Positions 55,984-64,000 of a stretch of 64,000 bases of DNA are shown piece by piece. Each line of letters opens with the position of its first letter. Within the stretch, counting starts at the first letter, position 1. Below the pieces are notes generated by a model. That model saw only the letters and a list, made by a program, of their open reading frames with translations. It did no database searches and was not told where the DNA came from. The stretch is from Octopus sinensis. Lineage: Eukaryota. The stretch spans positions 1-64,000 of the forward strand of contig NW_021832127.1 of assembly GCF_006345805.1 (NCBI RefSeq). Direction: 5' to 3'. The position numbers and the translations under genes are program-made.

Positions 55984-56110
55984 CTTATAACTGACATGAC
56001 CTGCTAAGATACTTTCTAGAAGACAAATCTGTAACTTTGATTTGTGTCCCTATACACTTGAAAGGGTGGAATTTTACTACTTCCATTAAGACCAAAATTC
56101 CAATTTAGGC

Positions 56111-56212
56111 TTCTCCAGTTGATCTCTGTTGCTATCGTGAGAGGCAACGCAACGTCAATTATGTTGGCGGGGTCCACTTCGAATAGATGGCTTTGTTAAC
56201 CTCTAGTAAATA
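56111..56212 (+). mobile_element. ~100-bp CRE 3' tail
   Basis: Nearly identical to ~15487-15585. Confidence 0.85.
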
Positions 56213-56676
56213 ACAGTTTCTAAATTTTTGATATAAATATCTATGTTAAATCCAAAATTTTTAATTCATAAATAAAAGTTTTGTACATTTTTTAACCCGG
56301 AGTATGAAATATGGATCTAATAATTTTTCTCGATTTAAAATTTTTTATTTAATAAAGACGACCATGGAAATGCTCGTTAACATATTTTTGATTTTTTCTA
56401 ATTGAGTATAATCCGTTTCATTTTAGCCGTTCTAATTGTTCCTTTTTTATAGCATACAAAAATTCCCAATGTTTATAATATAATTGCGTAGTTCGCGTCT
56501 TATAGAACAATCCTTAATTCTTTTTATGAAACTTTAGAACATTTAAAAATGAATAAAGTACTAAGCAGACACGTTTTAACATGAATTTTTTAAATTACGG
56601 TCTAATAAATTAATCATGAGATCATATGACGCCACTAATGTTTCATTAGATAGAGAAAAAGTATAATCAGCGAGGG

Positions 56677-57014
56677 TTAGATATTTAGTGATAGTCCTTT
56701 GGGAACTTTGTCGAAAGTCTACACAATAATCACAAGTAAGAAACTAAATGAGTGAATTGGTTAATGTCCATTTTATAGCTCGACATTCCAGATTCATATA
56801 ATTTGTTGTTTTCATTGATAATGTTCATGGTACGCTTAAAAATGCAGATTCTAAATGGCTCTGGTTGTGTGATCTCTAATATACTAAAAGTATATACAAT
56901 ACTGAAGTTGACAACATAGTTGTTCCATTCTGTGAGGATGTCTTCAATGATTTCATATTGGAGATCAGTCAGTAAAATTATTTTGTAAAAGATAAATGCA
57001 AAAATAAACCACAT
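56677..57014 (-). CDS. Stand-alone cathepsin propeptide inhibitor (I29) protein with hydrophobic N-terminus
   Basis: MWFIFAFIFYKII...EWNNY..F...R..IF....IINENNKLYESGMSSYKMDINQFTHL, then a 26-nt intron, TFDKVPKGLSLNI and TAA. No protease domain follows. Confidence 0.7.
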
Positions 57015-57552
57015 TAACAAGTTTTTTTAAGTTCAAATTGAATGTTTGTAAAATTTTATGAGAATTTCGTCGCATTATTTATTATTAGACAACTGACTAG
57101 TCATATATTGTATTTATATAGATTTCTACTTCCACATACTTGAATAACTGTTATTTGATAATTCCACTACATGCATTTGTTATAACTATAATGGATTTTT
57201 ATTTGTCGACTTTTTCGTTGTCTATTGTTGACAGTGATATATTTGGATGTATCTCAAAACAAAATGCATCTCAAAATGAAGTCTAAGGTAGTCACTGTGA
57301 AGTCATTGCTGATTATTCGATAATACTAATTGCTAAATAGTAAACTTGCGTTCCGACTTCGAGAGGATTTGAGCACATATCTGCTAATGTAATAGTTCAA
57401 TGTCTATTAAAAGATATTTGAAACGGTATTTAAAATTATGTGCATTCAATAGCTTAGCTTTAATTGATTTTAAATAATAATATTAAAAATTATTTCGTTT
57501 AATTAAAACAATTATAAATTCAAATAAAATCTATTTAACGTGCTTTTGTATT

Positions 57553-58011
57553 ATGGTTGTGATTGCTATTTATTATACACATAAATATATTAAATGACTT
57601 TTCAAGGGAAGAGTAAGGAATTTTACTATCAAATCTACTGCCAAGAAAACAATCGAAATGTACTATGCCCGTCTTTCCACTGACTTTCAAATCAATAAGA
57701 TGGTGGCCAACGACGTCATTGTTACCACCAGCAAAAGAATGAGGAATCAAATTGCTGGTTATATTACACACCTCATGCGACGAATTGAAAAGGGGCCAGT
57801 GCGTGGGATATCCCTTAAACTACAGGAAGAGGAGCGTGAAAGACGGGACAACTATGTTCCCACTGTATTTCCCTCTCTTTTAAACTAAAGGTTTCGGAGT
57901 TGGAAATTGACGTGATTCCCACTGGCGACACCAAGTCGATGCTTGACAATCTCGTTTTTTTATTTGTGAAATATATTTTAGGGACTCACTCTTCCTCTTC
58001 GTTCGATCTAA
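57553..58011 (+). CDS. RPS17: 40S ribosomal protein S17
   Basis: M-GRVR..TIK..AKK.IE.YY.RL..DF..NK...[40 protein letters not shown]. Confidence 0.97.
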
Positions 58012-58610
58012 CATTCATATTCTTTTAATTGTTATTGAAATTCGATTACCAGTTTTACTTTGATTTCGTACTTTAGCTTTTTTAGAATGACATTTTCATT
58101 TGTTAACTATTGTAAATTGATAACCTCCTAAATTAATACACTTGAATCTTGATTTGAGGCACAATGCGTTCTATTTAGGGTTAGTCAAAAATTAACAGCA
58201 ATATACAACTTTAATAAAAAAAAGGCATTTAAAAATGTGCCGGAGTATACAACATTATAGAAAAGAGACCTCCTCAATGGAAAGGGAATCTAATTGGAAA
58301 ATTATACTTTTTTGATTAATTTTGTCAAGAAAATATTATAAATTAAAGATCAAATGTAAATCTAATTAGGAGATTGACTGACTCGTCGGTAAATGGGTCG
58401 ACTTAGTTATAATTGCAACTGATATAGCAAAAAAATTATTTAAAGCAAACACAAGTAGTAATTATTAAAGGATGGACTTTTTATGAGACACTTGTTTGCC
58501 TCTTCGCATTTTTGATCGTACTCTAATCATTTTACTTTAACTAAAAAGCTTCTTTTTCTTTTTGAATTAAATTCTCAAAGCAGTTCGTCGAACTGTTCTT
58601 TGACTTAGTC

Positions 58611-59505
58611 CAGTGGTTCTCAAACTGGGGTACGCGTACCCCTAGGGGTACGCGAAATTCTGTAGGGGTACGCGAAAATTTTTTGAAAATCTATTTAATT
58701 TTCGTTTCAACATAAAAAAGTTATTAATTCTAATATAATAAAAATCATAATTAATTAAATAATTAATAATAAAATAAATCTCCACGCTACTAGTTTTTCT
58801 TATGAGTTTACCTGTTAACAAGATTCGAAAATACAACGATAGTTATCTCAACTATGGATTTTATTTTGTGATTAAAAACGGTGTGGCCATCCGCAGTGTA
58901 TTATTTGCCAAAAGATTCTTTGCCCTGAATCCATGAAACCTTCATTACTTTCTCGGCATCAAGTTTCTAATCATTTCGAACTATCGGAAAACCAAATGAC
59001 TTTTTTAAGAACAAAAAAGATAATATTCGGAAAATAGACGATTCTTTCAATTTTGACATTAATTTTTTACTATCAAAACTCTCTTACATGATTTCATATC
59101 GGATCGCAAAAGCCAAAAAACCACATACAATTGCCGAGAATCTTATTATACCGTGCATTAAGGACATGTTTGAATGTTTCCCTGGCAATAAATTGGAGCA
59201 TATTGTTCGAAAAATCCATGTTCAAATGATACCGTCAATAGAAGAATACGAGATCTATCCGAAAACATAAAAGAACAAGTTATTTTCTGGTTAATTATTA
59301 TTAGGTCATTACTGAAATAAAAAGTGCTGCCTTTAAAAAATTTTCAATTCAATTGGATGAATCAACAGATGTAGCAAATTGCTCTCAGTTACTCGTTTAT
59401 GTGCGATATATTTATATGGAAAATATTAAGGAAGAATTTTTGTTCAACTATTCCTTACCTTTAAACACAAAAGGTTCTGATATTTTCGATGCAGTTAATT
59501 GTTTT
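58611..59505 (+). mobile_element. hAT Buster/Charlie element, truncated by the duplication breakpoint
   Basis: Left TIR CAGTGGTTCTCAAAC. KPHTIAENLIIP, NDTVNRRI, a 26-nt intron at 59279-59304 and FSIQLDESTDV. Confidence 0.88.
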
Positions 59506-61302
59506 TTCCCTTGTCTTGGTGAAAGCCTCAAAAACAATTTTATCCAATTTTTGGGATAAAGTATGAGGAGAGCGTTGAATATTTCTGGGAAAATCTGTTT
59601 GAACAGCCCCAGTATTAAAAAAATTGAGATAATTTTTTTTAATACGTGACACAGCGCCTAAAAACTTACATTAATAAAAAACCTTTACTAATTTTGTACT
59701 TATCTACAATATCTCGTTCAGTAAGATGTTTATTTTCACTTAATTCCTTGGCAATTTTGATCTTTAACTCAAGACTAAGCTTACGAGCCATAACAACAAG
59801 AATACAAAAATTACACGAGGCTTCCAAATGAAATTTTATATAATTAATTTTAATTTTAATAGCAAATATGTATATAAATTAAAAATCCTGTGCCCCACTT
59901 AGAGGTTCCGGTAATTTCTAAATTTGGAAATTACCGCATAAAAATTATATCCTTTTCAAACTACCCAAAAATAGAGGTTTCCCCAAAAATAGAGGTTCCC
60001 CAAGCCAGAGGTCTGCCCCAAATGGAGGTTATACTGTATTATTAATAATAATATTGTTAGTTTGTTCTTGTCCAGGTAGAGCACACATCGAGATATTAGC
60101 ACGTTGCATAACAGACTATATTGAGGAATGTATTATGTCGCGCCCCACGCTGGCGGCCATACCACGCCGGCGACCAAGGTGACCTACATAGTTGACAGCG
60201 TGACCTACATTGTTTGACATTCAATTAAAAACGAAATAATTTATTATAAAAAGGGTTTAGCGGAATTTTAATTAGAAAAATGGTATCTTCCAAAAGATGT
60301 TGTATTAGTATAGTCTCAATCCTTAGGTTACGTGAAAAATGACAGTGAATACCAAAATATTGTAAATGCACTACTCCAAATACCCGTACAAACTACATCC
60401 AAATTCGAAAAATACAATGTTAATAAAAAAGTGAATCAATTTATGATAATTGATGATCGGTATATTTGATATTCCTAATTCATAGTCTTTAATTAAAGGA
60501 CGATAATAATCAAAAACACAAATTGGTTATCTGTTTCGACAATGAAATGGAGATGAAGACACTGGCATTCACTATTCACCAAGAATGCCACTGGGGAATA
60601 CTAAAGCTTCATAAGAAGTGCTGTGAATTTTATTTTACTGTGAAACGCCCTATTATCAAACAAATTATAAAAGAATGCGAAATTTGTAAATTTGCTGCGC
60701 CGTTAAAAGTATTTTTCATTAAATTTAACACTGTGATTCATGAAATACTAGGTTATAATCTTATTTATAATTTAGATGAAAATATTGAGGCATCGTTTGT
60801 CCAAGATGAACTCAATAGTATTATTATTATTATTTTAACCCAAGAATCACCAACAGTTAATTAGGGTAATTAATTAGGTGATTCCAACAATCCTCAAAAT
60901 CTTTCTCAGCTTTTCCCGATGTTGGACTCTGGACCCACGCAAGTGCAGGACGGGCGGGGAGCAGTTTTTGTGAGGAATTGGATCGGGGTGATGTGCTTCT
61001 GATTGTTGAAGTCTTTTGGCAGGTGGTCTTGTTGGATGGCTAAGAAACCCTTTCCATCTTTCTTAATAAGTAAATTTACGATGCATTATTTTTAGAAACG
61101 AATAATAAAATTTTTAATTTCACTCCTCCAGACATGAATTCATCTTATTTTAAAAGAATGAATAAAAAGATGGGAGTACACAGGTCAAAATATGATTTTG
61201 AAATAGGGAATGAGGTATAATTGAATAATAACAGTTTAGATTCGAATCTTAAAAGATTGTGGGATGAATCCGTCATTGAATCCCCATATGAAGAAAAGGG
61301 AA

Positions 61303-62080
61303 CGTAAGCTTGGCGCTCGTCCCGTAGCCACTACCACCAAACCGTTGACAGGTTGGTTGGCAAGGGGGAAAAGTTGGTTCTGTTGTTGCTGATGTGAAAT
61401 CAGCATCCAATCGTCTCCACGAGAAGGTGAACCACATGACGATCAACTTCAGAGAACTCAAAACTCAGCATTACGAATTATTACCGGCTGTCTAAAAACG
61501 ACACTACCGACCACCTACATTGGGAATCGAAAATCCTTCCAATCAGTGACCATTTTGAAATGCTCGGGCTGCCAATTTCTTGACAATGCCGAACCCTAAA
61601 TCACCCTGGCTACTTCCTCTGGCACTCCACTAACAACAGGAGAATAGTTCCGACCCTCGCGGACAAAGTCCGCAAGCTTATACGATCCCCTCCGGACATT
61701 AACCAGAAGGGGATTCACGACCTGGTGGCTACGAGGGCAATCAGATGTCTTGGAATAAACAAGCTTCTGGGACGCCTTCCGCCGCCAATTAATAAGATCG
61801 AATCCTCCCTCTCAAGAGAAGCCCGAGTGAACTTGGCTCGTCTCCGCTGTGGCCACCATACTGGCCTACACGATTATCGCATAAAAATCGGTCTTGGTGA
61901 AATAACCCCTTCCTATTCCCTCAACGACCTTTTCTCCTGTCCAGGCCCGCCTTCTACTTCCTCGGAACACCGGATCACGATCGGGGATCTTTGGGAGCGT
62001 CCGACATTGGCCCTAACGTTCTTGTTAGCCACCGGCTTCCTTCAATTGAAGGGGCCGGGGGTAAATAAATAAATAAATAA
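61303..62080 (+). mobile_element. 5'-truncated LINE (I/ingi-like C-terminus) with 15-bp TSD
   Basis: TSD ATGAAGAAAAGGGAA at 61288-61302 and 62081-62095, (TAAA)n tail and LARLRCGH motif. Absent from the paralogous site at ~34830. Confidence 0.92.
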
Positions 62081-62696
62081 ATGAAGAAAAGGGAAAAGTA
62101 AAAAATATAATGTCTAATAAAAGATTAATGGTTAGTTGTCTTTCCAAACATTTAGATTGAATTACGAAATGAAACCAAGATAGTTACTATGAATAGAGTT
62201 AAAAAATGTTAAGGTTTTTGAATATTTTGCAATTATCTTGAGTCAGTAATTAGTGTCAAACTATATGGGTCACCCTGTCAACTATGTAGGTCACCTTGGT
62301 CGCCAGCGTGGTATGGTCGCCAGCGTAGTTCGCGACATATTATAATATTCACATAATGTGCAACTATGAGTTTTCAATCTAAAATTATATAATGGATTCC
62401 AACTTTCTAAACATTTTAATTTAATGTTTATTTAAGAGTAACATATGAAGAACATTATTCCGTACTTAGTCATTTTTATAGTTCTACTTTCCTGTTCGAC
62501 TAGCCATTGACAAAATAAATGACTTAACACTGCTAGTTGATTTCTACACAGATGACTGAGTGCCATAATGATTAAACTATTATTGATGTTATTATTGATG
62601 ATTTAACGTTATTTCTATCAAGATTTATTTTTAATTATAATTAAATTTTAAGCTATAAAAAGTTCCTATGCCAATCAATTTATAGTTTTTATTGCA

Positions 62697-63803
62697 ATGG
62701 AATTAATTCAGCCATCTTGTTTATTCAATTTATTAAATCAAAAAAGTACATTTCCTTGGTTGAGCAATAAAAATTATTTAGTATTGTATGGTAAGTTCAT
62801 TTATGTTTAATATTAGATGTACGCACTAAAGAAAGCTATTATCGAAATCACATTAAATCTGCCAAATTAGCTAAAAAAGTAATCTTTCTATGAAAAACTA
62901 TAGGTAAAATTCAACAACGCACAAATAAATGTGCTCAATTATAAAGAAGATTTGAATTGTAAAATTCATGTAATAATATATGATAATAATTCCGAAAAAT
63001 TTTCAGATACATGTTTGAAACGCATTAATTAACTTTTAGCTGCTGCTACCCAATTTGCGCAAGTCTGTTTGAAAGCCGGTACCTTGAACAAAGTTAAAAT
63101 TTTATTTGGTTGAATGTTTTTAATTGATAGAAACAAAATTATAGGCGGATATGAGCTTTTCTCCCGACTTTACCCTTATTTAAGAAGTCAAAAAACTATA
63201 TGGATTCCAAAGGTCTTAAACAACAATTGTTTTTTACATAATATACACTGATAAATCTGATTTAGCAGGAATTAGAATATATAAATACGTTTCCGTTTGA
63301 AATCATTTACAAAAAATTATATGTTGGAACAAAATTTCATACTTCTAATTCTTTAATTAAAAAACAAATGAATATCAACATATTTATAGAAATTTCAGAT
63401 AAATCTCATCTACCTTGGTATATAAACTATTAATATAATTTATTACATTTTAGTGAAAATTTGTCAAACGACAAAATAATGTTATCAGTGTCCTCATCAG
63501 AAGAGTTTCTACTTAATTTGAAAAATGCGGTACTTAAAATCTGTTAAGATTTAATTATTTTTATTCATAGATCGGGCTATAAAAGAATTTAAAACAGTTT
63601 TGGTATATTCTTCAAATGAAAAAAACGTTCATCTAGTTTATTCGGTCATTATTGGATATTTAATTTTGATTGATAATCTTAACTACAAGGTGATAATCTG
63701 AAATAAATTTTTAACTGTATATTTTTAGGAGGCATATGGAATTCTTATTAACAAAATTGAAAATTTTAGATTATCCGAAGAAAACATCAAAAAACTTAAT
63801 TAA
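62697..63803 (+). CDS. STYXL1: Second STYXL1-like copy
   Basis: Same length and apparently the same sequence as 35443-36549. Confidence 0.8.
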
Positions 63804-64000
63804 CTTTATTGGGATTTTTTCGTTGGATTTGTTTCAGTTATTTTTATAAGTTTTAAGAAATTTATATACGTAGCGTTATTGTTGATAGGAGACTCCATTC
63901 AAATAATTCATTATTCTCGTTTACTCTCAATTCGTAAAAGCATGCATTAAATTAATTTTCCACGCGCACAAACGTTCAATCACCATACTGATTTGCAGCT

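Larger units (their letters stand above)
59506..64000 (+). repeat. Near-identical direct duplication of 33041-36746 (runs off the window end), plus a LINE insertion
   Basis: The sequence matches almost base for base: Tigger 5' end to 60036, Ginger 60136-62337, LINE tail and STYXL1. Confidence 0.97.

Noticed and set aside
58575-58602. Imperfect palindrome next to a hAT end
   Set aside because: A single short AT-flanked hairpin with no repeats, spacers or other copies. It is not CRISPR-like and is not interpretable.

Overview
This is AT-rich eukaryotic (metazoan) genomic DNA in the standard genetic code. Compact host genes are broken by very short GT-AG introns, mostly 24-32 nt. That architecture fits a miniaturised parasite genome such as a dicyemid, orthonectid or myxozoan, but the organism is an inference. 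Recognisable host genes: UPF1, PFDN4, mitochondrial DnaJ (DNAJA3-like), STYXL1 (two copies), ARPC3, METAP2, a truncated holocytochrome-c-synthase-like gene, PIAS, cytosolic thiolase, a stand-alone I29 cathepsin-propeptide protein and RPS17. Over half of the window is nested transposons: CRE-clade, RTE and jockey/I-like LINEs, hAT (Buster, SPIN-like and a TAGGGCAA family), Tigger/pogo, Tc1 relics and several TGT...ACA Ginger-like elements with 5-bp TSDs. The main signals are: (1) three LINE copies from two families stacked in one orientation at the same motif (AC(AA/G)ATACC(C)AGG) inside a non-autonomous Ginger-like element, suggesting sequence-specific, self-stacking retrotransposition; (2) a LINE family whose 3' hairpin overlaps the last codons of the ORF and covaries across copies, including a ~64-bp insertion that is only the hairpin and tail; (3) host-type 25-26 nt introns in transposases of three superfamilies; (4) a near-identical 3.7-kb duplication that gives an empty and a filled LINE site plus a second STYXL1; (5) an HCCS-like gene lacking its catalytic half; (6) a signal-peptide-bearing stand-alone I29 inhibitor. 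No rRNA, tRNA or CRISPR was seen. Coordinates of degraded TE fragments are approximate.
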